NCBI RefSeq assembly: GCF_016433145.1
Contig: NC_058135.1
Coordinates: forward strand, 185,650,785 to 185,714,784
Direction of reading: 5' to 3'
Source: Gracilinanus agilis
Lineage: Eukaryota
DNA length: 64,000 bases
The notes beneath the pieces were generated by a model that was not told the origin of the DNA, searched no databases, and saw nothing but the letters and a program-made list of their open reading frames with translations. Below, piece after piece: positions 39,656 through 51,859 of this stretch. The translations under genes were made by a program, and so were the position numbers. Numbering within the stretch: the stretch's first letter is position 1; every line of letters begins with the position of its first letter.

Positions 39656-41171
39656 GGTAGACCTTTGCTTTCATTGGCATGGGGGTTCCAAATGAGAAAT
39701 TTCCCCCTTCCATTTATATTGGCACTGAGAGATCAGTAATTTGCCTAGTTACACAGTCAGTAATGGTCAAGTCAGTATTTCAACTCATCCCTTTATACTG
39801 CCATATGTTGCTGTAGTTGTTATTCTAAAAGCACTTAAGATTTCTTTTTGGAAGGGAACAACATATTGTTTCCATTTTGTTGGTGAATTCACTTCTATCA
39901 TAAAACAGTTAGGTTCCTGTAGATCACTCAGAAGAAGCATATACTTGGTAATTGTGGGACTATTAAGCTTCATAAATTGCAAATGATTGAATATTCACCT
40001 TGATCTGTCTTTCCATGACAAGGTCAAATTAAATGGATATGATAAGGACATACCATTTTGTAGCCTATTACATTTCATTAACTTTGAATCTGTCGTATTG
40101 GTGAATTTCAATTCATCAGAAACTTTCCTGTTCAGGGACTACATCCGCATGTCATATGCAAAACTATTCTGAATCAAATCAAGTCCACAATTTAATATGA
40201 ATCAGGATTTGGTAGAAGAATGGGCTAAAAAAATAAAGCACCAATAATCAATAAAAAATAAAGGTGGGATAAGGGAATCGGGATTTTTATCTGCTTTTAT
40301 TTTAGATTAAGAGGCAAGGAATTTTAAGATCACTTAACCAATTGCCTCATTTTACAGATGAGTTCAAGAGGGTTAAATAATTTCTGAAGGTCATCTAATA
40401 TCAGAAAGGCAGAGTTTAGAATTCAAACTCAGATCCTTTCACTCTCACCTCTAATAGTTTTCTATGCACCATCCTGCCTTCCCTACAAATCATTTTTATT
40501 CATTCCTACATGCATTGTTGACAATCTTAAAAACAGATTTTAAAACATATTCCATGTATTTTAGAAAAAAATAGAAATGTGTAATTTAGTTATAAAAGTC
40601 CCTTCAATAATGCTTAGAAATGAAATATATTTTTAATTCTAAGAAATATTTATGTTCAAAAGTAGAGTGGGGTTTTATACAGCAACTTGTTTTCAATATG
40701 ATAATCTATTTTTTAATTTAATTTTTTTCTAACTTTGTTAATCCCAAAAAATAATGGAAACTTATTATAGTACCTTACAGGTAAACTCAGTTTCTGCTTT
40801 TGTTTTCTTCTTTATAATTCAGAAATCTCTTTACATATTTTCTTTCATTTACCCAAAGAAGATAGAGATAATATATATGGATATGGAGGAGTTCTCAAGG
40901 GTTATTTAATCCAGTCCTCTCATGTTGCAGATAAAGAAACTGAGGTTCAGAAACATTAAGTGACTTGTTTAAGGTTACACAGGTAATAAATGTCAGAAGC
41001 AAGATTTCAGTCCAGGTTCTCTTACTTCAGAACCGTTGTACTTTTCACTTGCAGTAACCCTATAAAGTAGGTCACATAGGAATTAGTAATGGTAATCGAA
41101 AGACCACAATAAGCTTATCTCAGTCTAGCATTTTATTAAGTGTCATACACTGCCTCTTCCTCAGTCTTCAG

Positions 41172-41235
41172 AAAGAACTTGATAGCTCTGACACGTCTTT
41201 ATATTCGATTCATGAAATGGTCCCCCTGTTGGAAT
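41172..41235 (+). other. Candidate plus-strand exon, 64 nt (KELDSSDTSLYSIHEMVPLLE)
   Basis: Acceptor cactgcctcttcctcagtcttcag, donor AAT|gtaagt; two CpGs retained; non-repeat DNA. Confidence 0.28.
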
Positions 41236-41444
41236 GTAAGTCACATGGTCCCATGATTTTACTAAAAAATCTTATCTGTTTTTGTAACAAATGTGATAAA
41301 TGGGTAAAACATGTTGCAAATCTTCAAGCTGAAATATATGGAACAGATTTTTAAATCTGTTCTTAAAATAATCAATTCCCAGAAGTTAGTGTAGCATTCT
41401 CCTCACATAAAGAATATTGAATTTTTTTTAAAATCAAACATTGA

Positions 41445-41680
41445 TTTGTGGGGAGTGGATGGAGCACCAGGCCTGGGGTCAAGATTTATCTTCCTGAATT
41501 CCAATCTGGCCTAAAATACTTCTTTAGGTGTGTGACCCTGAACAAGTCACTTAACTTTGTTTATTTCAGTTTCTTCTTCTATAAAATGATCTGGAAAAGG
41601 AAATGGCAAACCATTCTAGTATCTTTAAAACCCCAAAAGGGGCCACAAAAAGTAAGACAACTGAAATGTTTGAACAACAA
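41445..41680 (+). mobile_element. MAR1-type CORE-SINE
   Basis: gtggatggagcaccaggcctgggg...tgtgtgaccctgaacaagtcacttaac...ggaaaaggaaatggcaaaccattctagtatcttt...gaacaacaat. Confidence 0.88.
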
Positions 41681-42439
41681 TAACATATTTGTATAATGGT
41701 ATGAAAGTTCATTAAATTTATATGAATTCTCATTTGAAATTTCTTCCTTTTCAGCAAGAAAAGTGACTATTTTCATAAACGTAGAGGTTTAAAATTTCAG
41801 TTTCAAAATTGTAAAGATTACAAATGCCAGATTCTTTCTAGTAATATATCACCAGAAGGCCATGTACATTGACTAAGAGGCAGCAAATAGGAATCTATTT
41901 TGAGGGTGTCCTTTTTTGCTATTTTGGTTAATAGTTGAAGGTGTTGAAGTGTTTTCTGCATTGTGACTCACTATGTGATATGTTGTGAAAGAAATTGTGT
42001 TCCTATGTTGCTATGGCAGTAACTGAATTGTCACAAATCAAACCATCTGACTTCTCTGAAAGAGCAAGTATGAAGAGCAGATGGTTGTGAGGGAGCAAAT
42101 CTTTGATAATTAGCAAGAGAGACCTTTTATATAAGTCTTTCTAATTAGAGGACTTATGTCTAAATAACGGTAAGAAGGACCACTTGAATTTATAGAACTC
42201 TCTTATTCAGAGGCAAAAAAGAAAGTTATTTGTGAATGTTATTATCTGGCCAAAATGACGCCTCTTAGGATACAGTTAGGAAAAAGAAAAAAAAATGCAA
42301 ACAACAGCAGCTCATACTGAAAGGTTATCATGATGTCAGTTATAAAGCTATAAATAAGCAGTCCTCAAAAGAATTGCAAACTATTAATAACAAAATGAAA
42401 TATTGCTCCAAATCATTACTAAGAGAAGCGTAAGTCAAA

Positions 42440-44340
42440 ACATTCCTGCAATTTCACCTCAGACTTAGCAAATTGACAAAAGATGACAAGTGATGGAAGA
42501 GCTTGAAATGCCAAGCCAGGGAATTCGTATTTTATCCTAGACATTATAGGGAATGACGGAAGCGTCTTGAACAGAGAAACGATATAATCAGACCTTTGCA
42601 TTAGTAAGATTATTTTGGCAATTCTATGGAGAAGCTAGAAACCTTCAGTTCAGTTGTGTGACTATTGTTATGGTCTAATCAAGAGGTTTTAAAGGAATGA
42701 TTAGAGTGAGGATGGGCAAAAAGAGGATGGAGGGAAGAGATGTTAGAGAGGCAAAATGAACCGAGTTGGTCACTAATTGGATACGGTGTGAAGGACAGAG
42801 TGAAGAGTTTAGGATGATCTCCCGAGGTTATGAAACTGAATAACTGAAAAAAAGATGGCATTCTCAGCAAAAAGAGGGAAGGTTGGAGGCAAGATGAATT
42901 AATAAGGGAAAAATAATGAGTCCTGATTTATTTCTGAGAAAAAGTGAAGTTTATAAGAATAAGTTAATCTCTCAATGTGCTATTATAAACCACTGGACAA
43001 AGGGCAGTTCTTTTGTTGAAGAGTCCAGTCCCCTCTGGCTGAGTCAGGCAATGATCATGAGATACCTATGTCCTCTCAGGAAGGCACCAATATGTGTTAC
43101 CATGCTCCAAGAAGTGATATCACTTAAATACCTTCAACCCATGATCTATAATCTCACCAAGATGATTAGGGAACTCTAAATTGAAGAGGGATTCTCTGTT
43201 AACAAGCCTTGTTGTTTTTCACTGCTATCAGAAAAAAAAAAGAGCATTAGGCTTAAAATCAGATGAACTGGGTCAAATCCTGGTTTTGCTCTTTATTGGC
43301 TGTGTAATTTACCTAGTCAACTTGACCTCTTTATACCTCAGTTTCCTTATCTGAAAAAGGGGAATTTGAACTAGATGTTCTTTAAGAATCCTGCCAATTC
43401 TAACACCGATATTCTAATAAAATTGAGATATGTCAATATTGCAAGATATCTCATTAACACAGGCACTGTTTCTAACGGTACAATTTGCAGCTAATATTAT
43501 CTTGTAAAACTTTTGTCCATATCCTTTCATAATTCTTCCACACAGTTTACATAAAAATATGAGTCTCTAACACTCTATGGGTACCAATGCAAAACACAGG
43601 CTGGGGTTCTGTTATGTTTTACTCTGGTATATGACCAATCTACTTACTTATTTGATTATATACCACCTCCGTGACTTAAAATCAGAAAGACTTGCCTTGG
43701 AATTCTGCTTCTGACCCTAGCTAAAGGAACCTGGAAAAATCATCTCACCTCTCTTTTCCTCAGAATCCTTTGTCATAAAAAAATGGATGACTTAGACTGC
43801 ATAGTCTCTGAGGCCTATTCATCTCTTAAACCTATGATCCTGAAATTATATCCAGTGGAGTCCGTATGAGAGAAAGCCCTATTGAAAAAAAAAAGTATTT
43901 GATTCAGGTCTTAAGAATGGGTAAGATTAGGACTTTGATATATAGAGACAGGAAAGAGGGAATTTTAGATATGAGAAAAAAGCTTGAGTAAATGTACAGA
44001 GTTGGGGGAAACATCAGAGATGGGTCAAAGTTATCAGTTCAGTTTGCGTGAGAGTAGTTGGAGAGTGTTAGCACTAGATAATATTGGGATGGTAGGTTAT
44101 TGACCAATTGTGGCACAATGCCAGAGTAAGAACTTTAGTCTGTATGAACCAGGAAATGAGAAGCCACTGAAGGATTTCTGGGAGAGATTTGACCTGAGGA
44201 GAAGTGGGCACAAGGAACATGAGTCTGGTAGAATTGTGGGAAATTAAATAGTATGGAGAGAGTTGAGAGTAAGAGCTTTAGACCGATTTGTTCTACATTG
44301 AAGGGGTCCCCCCTCACAAGGCAAGGAAAAAGGTAGTAAA
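42440..44340 (-). mobile_element. Cluster of L2 fragments (about 42440-42900, 43850-44340) with L3 and MIR pieces between
   Basis: Purine-rich antisense L2 text; MIR cores at about 43250-43410 and 43670-43845. Boundaries approximate. Confidence 0.6.
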
Positions 44341-44553
44341 AAATTTCTACTTGACCTCAAATGCTGATCAAGAGGCAGAATAACTTCTGGTAATGCCTCA
44401 TTCCATATGTCTTACTGATTTTTGTACCAAAGTAATAGTGATTTAGTGATTGCTGGGCTAGTAAACAGGCATGTCTGTCAGTTTTGTTTATTGCATTATC
44501 CCTCAAATTTGTGTGTGTGTGTGTAAGTAATAGGATTTCCCCAGGATTCTCAC

Positions 44554-44607
44554 TTCTTCTTTGAGCTTCGCACAGATCTGCCTCTTTTTTTTCCAGGGAA
44601 TGGTTCC
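44554..44607 (-). other. Candidate 54-nt phase 1-1 exon (xNHSLEKKEADLCEAQRR)
   Basis: Minus-strand acceptor ccctttgcttcctgatctggtttgaaag (moderate), donor GAA|gtgaga; open frame. Confidence 0.2.
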
Positions 44608-44665
44608 CTTTCAAACCAGATCAGGAAGCAAAGGGATTATTAAAGGACCCTGATATACCCTAGCT

Positions 44666-45012
44666 CAGTGATGGCAAACCTATGACCCATGTGTCAGCAC
44701 TGACACACGTAGCCATTTTCGATGACACACAGTCGCATGCGGCCGCATACAGAGAACTATGGGGACATATGCTGAGGATGAACCATTTGCTGTAGTGTAG
44801 TGTAGACACTCTTTGCACTATACATGATAATTCTACCTATATTAATTTACCTATTTAGGTTTATTAAATACAGTTATATAATTCAATTATACATTATTGT
44901 TATTTAAACTATAAATATCACAAAATTATGGTATTTTTTTCTCAAAGTGACACACCACCCAAGTTATGCTCGGTTTTTTGACACACCAAGCTCCAAAGGT
45001 TGCCCATCGCTG
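44666..45012 (+). mobile_element. Non-autonomous hAT MITE, family B (hAT1-like termini)
   Basis: TIRs cagtgatggcaaacct / aggttgcccatcgctg; subterminal gacac/gtgtc motifs; TSD ccctagct (44658-44665) / ctctagct (45013-45020); several CpGs retained. Confidence 0.92.
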
Positions 45013-46007
45013 CTCTAGCTAGAGAACACAGCATTACAGACTTGCTCTGATCCTAAGGTAACCCAAGTGAAAGTATCCAACCTGCTCCGGCAAGTTGTTA
45101 AAAAATAAGCAGCATATTCCTTGTCTTTGAAATCATCCCTCAGCTAGTGGATGCTGGCAAGAAAGCAATTCTAGTTTCCTTCCTTTCCCAGTTTTCTCCA
45201 TCTCCTCCCTTAAAGCTACATCAGACTTCTGGTCCACACGATTGAACAATTAATCATGGTTTTTAAAGTATAGGAATTAAGGCTAACAGACATAAAACTT
45301 CCAAGAGCTCGCAGCTTAGTCCTCCATTAAGCAAGAAACGACAAGGTTGCTCACTCTCTTTCTCTCTCTCTGGCATCTGTAGAAGGTGAAATGGGGACAG
45401 CTTCGTAATGGTGGCCAGAACAAAGCCCCTCAGCTGTCAGACACATGTAGCCTCTACTTAGTAATTTTCTAGCTTGAGTTCCTGGTTGTGATCCTCACTT
45501 TTCAGATCATGTCCACTAGTTCCTGGTCCCTCTCTTTTTGTGATCCTCTGTCCTCTCTGCAAGTATATTCTCTTCCAGCTGACATTCCTTCCAAGAGCTC
45601 TGTTCTCCTGAGGTCAAGATTCCTCCTTCACTGGGGAACTCTGCCATCTTCCTCCAAATCACTTAGTAAACCAAAAACAACTGCTAACCTACTTGGATCT
45701 TGTCCATCATCCACTTGTCTATATTCCCACTCTCAGCAGTGGCTGGGAATGGAAGCTACACTGGTGAAAGTCAAACCAATAGGTGCCAGCTATACAGATA
45801 TGCTCAAAGATGACACAGAACCAGAAGGTAGTCATGAAGAGAAAATACAAAGACTACATGTTTATTGATTCTGCCTTGAGCATTTTAAGCAGCCTGTTAG
45901 GTGAAGGTAAATTTGTGATCTTATTCCAGTAGTTCAAGGGGTTTCTGTATACCTAAGACAATTTAGAGAAGATTTAAATAATTCTAATTTCACTCAGTTA
46001 TCTAAGT

Positions 46008-46880
46008 TGTAATGCAGGATTTCTTGCATTGCAAATTACCCTAGGCAATTCTGTCACTTAGTAGAATGGAACTCTGGCATGGCAGGTGCCATCCCAGGTG
46101 CCAACCAACAGTTGGGATGTGACTATATAAGGCCCTGAAAACCCAGCCTTGGGGTTCTGATTTCCTTGACCTCAGCCAGACACCCAGCTACTCCTGACTT
46201 CCCCTTGGGGATCCCGGGAGGTTGAAGGGAGGTGGGTTGTAGAACGTGGGCAGGAATTAGTTTAGAATAGCCTAGTGGTTAGGGACATCCCTAGAATAAC
46301 TCAACAACTTCATCTGTTTAGCTGGTGGATCAAATAACATCAGGCCAGTGTCAAGTTAACTCTGGCTGAGGGCTGGTTCCCTCAGCCTGACCTGACTGAC
46401 CTTCTAGGTCCATTGCCAACATTTGCCAGTTGCCCCTAGCAACAGCTTTATAAGACCTTGAACCCTCTTACCGTAGCTTTCCCTTTCCAGTTTAAATTAA
46501 TCCCTTAGCCTAAATCTGTGAGTTCCTGTGATTCCTTCAACATCACCAAGGCTAGAGAGACTAAGGAGAAGAGAAAATATTTAAAAGTTGAGGTTACTGT
46601 GAAAGGGAAGCTAAGCCTCCATTGTATTCATGAAGTAGAGTCCCATTTCCTGCTGGGTTCTTCTCTCATATAGGAAGGCAGTTAATTCAGCTGGGAGGAG
46701 CCACACACTCAACACCTTAAAGGAGCCTACAGCTGGCAGTGGAGATTGACTGGGTACCCCAGCTGAGGTTGCTCATCATTGATAACATCTAACTCCAAAA
46801 TCTCCTGCTAGTTTAGTTACAGGCTCCCAGGGCCCTGGTGACTCACATTTACCATCATCATCATATTATCTACTACATTA
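46008..46880 (+). mobile_element. LTR-like element (solo LTR or two fused pieces)
   Basis: GC-richer block starting tgtaatg, TATA-like gactatataagg at about 46121; 3' boundary and TSD not established. Confidence 0.55.
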
Positions 46881-46974
46881 TCATCCATTGCAAAGTATCA
46901 CCTCCAAGTAAAGAGGAAACCTTCAATTTCTCAACCTCAAAGCTAAAACAGTCAGTCAAGCCTACCAGACTATC

Positions 46975-47180
46975 TCTGTGGAAAGAATTGTTAACCTTCA
47001 CTTTGTTATCAGCCCCTTTGTTGAACTGGTACAGCCAGTGGACCCTTTCTCAAGAAAATATTCTTAATTTACGTAAAATATATAATATGACAAAAGGAAT
47101 TAGTTACAATGAAATACAGTTGTTTTTAAGACCATGGACTCCCTGAAATTTTCCTCAGACTCCAGGTTAATAATACCTGC
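46975..47180. mobile_element. Degenerate hAT MITE
   Basis: ttaacc...cccctttg...gtggaccctttctcaagaaaat...aatgaaatacagtt...ccaggttaataatacctg resembles a common old marsupial/mammalian hAT MITE. Confidence 0.5.
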
Positions 47181-47912
47181 ATGTATGCTTTATTGAGACA
47201 CAATATAAGAGATTCCTTATTGACTCAATAATGATGATTAACATTTGTGTCATGCTTTAAAGTTTGACAAAATACATCATTTATACTATATCATTTGTGC
47301 CTCACAATGTTATGAGGTAAACCTTCCAATTATCACCCCCTCTCTCTACTACATGATACATCAGAAAACATCAGGATGGGGAAGGAAGGATGTTTTCCCC
47401 TGATCAGTAAAAATCTAAAGTTATCCACTCTAATAGGGAGTTGTACATTAATCCCACTGAAGTTTTCCACACTGACAGAGATACTATCCTATTTTAATTC
47501 AGCAATATTTTAAATTCCCTTTTATTAGCATTAACAGATATCCCAAACATTGTTTGCATTTTTTAACTCCAGAAGACTCTTAAATCTAGAACAATTTTTC
47601 CTTGTAAAATATTCTTTCCACCTCAAATATGCTTTTTCAGCTGTGACAATTAATTTTGCTTCATCTTTAAATTCAGCTGTATATGCTATTACTATCACAT
47701 ATGCAGCAAGTAATGCACGACTTGAAGCAAGATAAGATATATATATATATATATATATATATAATGTTCTGAGATGAGAGAATGAGAGCAGTGAGCTTTA
47801 TGCAGCAATGAAAAGAAGAAAGGGTCTTTTATAAAGCAACACATTTAACCAAAGTAAACATATTTCCACAAGGAGCTGCAAACTAATGCAAAATCAAATT
47901 GTTACTCTAGAG

Positions 47913-48104
47913 CAGTGGTTCCCAAACTTTTTTGGCCTACTGCCCCCTTTCCAGAAAAAATATTACTCAGCGCCCCCAGTCACATACTATCACCGCTCCC
48001 TTATAGCAATTCACCTCCCCCAAATGCACCTGTGGCCATCACCACTCCCCTGGATCGCTGCAGCACCCACCAGGGGGCAGTGGCACCCACTTTAGGAATC
48101 ATTG
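47913..48104 (+). mobile_element. Non-autonomous hAT MITE, family C (192 bp)
   Basis: TIRs cagtggttcccaaa / tttaggaatcattg; perfect 8-bp palindromic TSD ctctagag (47905-47912 and 48105-48112). Confidence 0.93.
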
Positions 48105-48496
48105 CTCTAGAGTAAAAGATAATGATTATTTACATAGGTTGAGAAAGTACATTTTGACTAAATATTATTCTTATATTCATATAACCTGATTACATCTACA
48201 GTACCATCTTTGAAGACACAAAAAATTTGGTGTAATTATTAACACTACTGGAAGTAGATCAGTTTCATTCAGCACAATATTCCTCCAATATGTTCAAGTG
48301 AAAACATCTTTAAGGATACTCAAATGCTGGGGGTACATGAAGTTGTTGTGTACTACCTAGGATAGGAAGAGAATTTTCAGGGCAGGTTTACTAGCTTTCC
48401 TGTTTTCATTAGCAGAGAATTTTTTTTTCACTTACAATATAGGTCCTATTCTATAAAATCCCAGCATAAGACAGAATTACAAATTCAAATATTTTT

Positions 48497-48660
48497 TGAA
48501 AAATTTTAATTAATTAATTAATTTAGAATATTTTTCCATGGTTACATTATTCATGTTTTTTCCCTCCCCTCTTCCTCCCCCAAACCCTCCCTAGACAAAA
48601 AGCAATTCCACTAGGTTTTACATATACCATTGATCAAGACTTATTTTCATATTATTAATA
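48497..48660 (-). mobile_element. Short L1_Mdo-type 3' end
   Basis: ttttccatggttacattattcatg...aagcaattccactaggttttacat, the same 3' terminus as 10033 and 9535. Confidence 0.85.
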
Positions 48661-51600
48661 ACAAATTCAAATTTCTGAAAGAAATCAGTATCTACCTAGT
48701 CCAAATCATACCTGAAAAAAGAATCTTCACTACCTTATCTCTGATCATCCAGCCTTTGCTTGAAGATCTCTAAGGAATATAGAAAATAACGGGATTATAG
48801 ATTTGGCTCTGAAAGAAAACATGGAGGTAAGGACTTGAATCCAACCTCTTAATGTAACAGATAAAAAACTGTGACCCAGCAAGTTTGGCTGACTTGTCCA
48901 GTGTTGTACAGGCAATGTTTGAGGTAGGATTTGAATCCATGTCTTCCTGACTCTAATCCTAGAACCTTGCCCACTACATCATGGTGCCTCTCACCAAAAG
49001 CACTGATGGCTTATGTGTAAAGCCTTCTCCAATAACTCTTAGTTTCAGTGCCTTTCCTCTGTTAAATAGTTCCTTTTTTCCCCATTTATAACATTCTTTG
49101 TATATATTTATATACCTGTATATATGTTGTCTTCTCTATTAGAATGTAAGCTCCTTCATCTCAGGAACTTTTGCCTCTTTTTGTATTCTTAGCACTTACC
49201 ATAGTACCGGACACATAGTAGGCATTTAATAAATGGGTATTCATTATTAATTGGGATAATTAATTACAATCAGTACTTTAAAGTTTAAAACGTACTTTAC
49301 ATTTATTGTATTATTTGATTTAATTCTCCAAAACACATATAAGGAAGTACTCTCATTACCTCCATTTTACAGAAGAGGAAACTGAAGTAAAATAAGAAAG
49401 GTAAAATGATTTGTCCTAAATCATAAATCTATTATTCTGAGATTGAATTTCATGCTCTAAAATTTGAGCTATCTAATTGGAACTCACTACCTCCTGAAAT
49501 CACCTATTCCACTCATTCAGTTAAATGTGTTGAGAAGTTTTCCCTTTTAATGTCTAAATATGCCCATTTTCACTTTCTATCCCCTCATTCCTGATTCTGC
49601 CCAATGGTTCCAAGGAGAAGTTTAAACTCTATTCCATAATATGGCATTTCACATACTTGAAGACAATTGTCATGACATTCATGAATCTTCTCTTCAACTT
49701 AAATATCTGGTGACCAAAGACTGTGTCTACATGAGAGAAATAGTATCAAAATCTATTCACAATTAGGCAAAAGTTAACCAAGAGAAAAGTAGATATCTAC
49801 AAAATGGTAATGACATAATAAGAGAAGCAGTAAACACCACTAATTCTTTCAGGAAAAAAATTGAATATAGAATGGTTTCTTGGCCTTAAAAATAGTGAAA
49901 GCTTGGTGCTGGTACCACTCAAGATTTAATGTGCCTTATTTTGGAAAAAAAACTGGTGTTCCAGGAAAAAATTAGGTCAGAAAGTATATTACTAAACTTT
50001 TCAAGGAAATAAGACTGAATAAAAGGCAAGTCTATCTGGTAAATCAAAATGACAATATGATTGATAATGTGGTCTAGAAACACACTGAATTAACTTAAGT
50101 AAATGGGCCAAATGTAGGTTTGCAGACCATAGAATCATAGATTTAAACTGGCAGGGATCTTAGACATCATCTAGTCCAATATGCTACAAATGATGAAACT
50201 GGGTCCTGGGAAGATTAAGTGATTTTCCTACACAGCAGAGTAATTATCATTTCCATAATGATTATCAGTGGTGGAATTTTAACCTAAATCCTTTTAATCT
50301 AGACCTATTGCTATTTCTACTAAGTCATTCTGTGGTCCAATGTTTCTGTCAAGCCCCATTGTTATAGGGGTATATGTGAAGCATATACATGAGGGGAACA
50401 GAATTTTGGGAGAAAATCAACATAAGAAAGCTTTTTTGCTTGATTAGAAAAGGAATGAAAACAAAGCTAACAAAGAATTAATGGACCAGAAAAGTATTTT
50501 TGTGTATGCAAATTACCATCTTCATTACTTTTGTATAGAGGGCTAGAATCATCAACTTGAGTAAAAAATAATTCCTCCCTCCAAAAAAAGAATCTCTAAC
50601 ATCTTAAAACTATTTAACCTAACACTTTTTAACTAGAGATCATTTTACACCAGGAAGTGAAAAAGGGATAAGAAACTGGCATATTGGATTAGGGGAAGTA
50701 TCCAAGATTTTTGCTTGGTTTGGAAACAAACATCATAGGAGTAGAGCTAAGAGTCTTCACTGTTCTTGACTAATGGGAATATATTTTAGTAGCATTTTCC
50801 CTAAAATTAACTAGGTAAAAGAACTAAATATAACAAACAAGTAATAAGGAAAGTGAAGTTCTTTAGTGTGATCATAAATAACATTATTATCATTTTTGGT
50901 TCATAGTTGTTTTTCTTTATCTTTTCTCCACCTCTTATTTAGGAGCTCCATCCTTCCCTTAACAACATACAATCTATGATTTATCCTACAAATAACCTAA
51001 GGACTGCTTGCTTTAAGGGAGGTTTGGGTAAATAGAGAATTTTGGATTTTTTAGAATTGTATTTAGTTTTTTGAACATATAAAGGAAGATTTTATATGAA
51101 AAAAAAATCAAGAAGTCAAATAGGAAGTTCCTATCTTGTTAAATGGAGATTAAAGAATTATTTCTAGGATTTAAAAGGGTTGAGATTTTTAGGGAATTTC
51201 TCTTTTATTAATATAGCATAGTTTAAAGCCATAATGTGCCAAGAAAGTTTTGAAGTGAGATTTTAAACATGATACTTGACTTCCAGGCACATCAGTTGAT
51301 CCATGGTTGCTAGCTCCTCAATGGTAATGTGCAAGCTTCCATAGATTTCAAAGTAGTTGCTTTTTTTGTTTGTTTGTGTGTTTGTTTCCCATTTTTAATG
51401 CTCTATAAAACTAAGGGAAGGGGGATGGGGTGAGGATGGGGAAGAAAAAAAAACAACTTAGGAAATGCTTGAAACCATCATGTAGATGATTGAATAAGCA
51501 AGGAAACTGAGAAAGGACGGTCATACTAGGTAGGTGAGTGTCAACAAAACATTTTTTCTGGAAATTTCTTATGCCTAATACTACTCTTCCTTTTGCCTTT

Positions 51601-51859
51601 CTTGAATTCCTTCAAGTACCAAATAAAATCTTAACTTCTTCAAAAAGCTTTCACCGATCTCTCATGGTTCTAGTGTCTTTCCTCTATAAATAATTTTCTA
51701 CTAGTCCTGTATATAGGATGTTTGTACATATTTGTTCTTTTACCATACCTCCTTTTAGATTGTGAAGTCCTTGAGGGTAAAGATTTTTTCTTTTGCTTCT
51801 CTTTGTATCCCTACCCTTAAAATATAGTAGGTACTTAATGCTTACTGGCTGATAAAGAA

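Noticed and set aside
41341-41362. 10-bp stem hairpin gaacagattt-tt-aaatctgttc
   Set aside because: Short enough to be expected by chance in 64 kb of AT-rich sequence.
41968-42056. Minus-strand segment with strong acceptor and gtgagt donor
   Set aside because: All three frames contain stops, so it cannot be supported as coding.
45488-45868. 126-aa serine-rich plus-strand ORF
   Set aside because: Composition reflects a pyrimidine-rich strand; no recognisable domain or supporting splice context.
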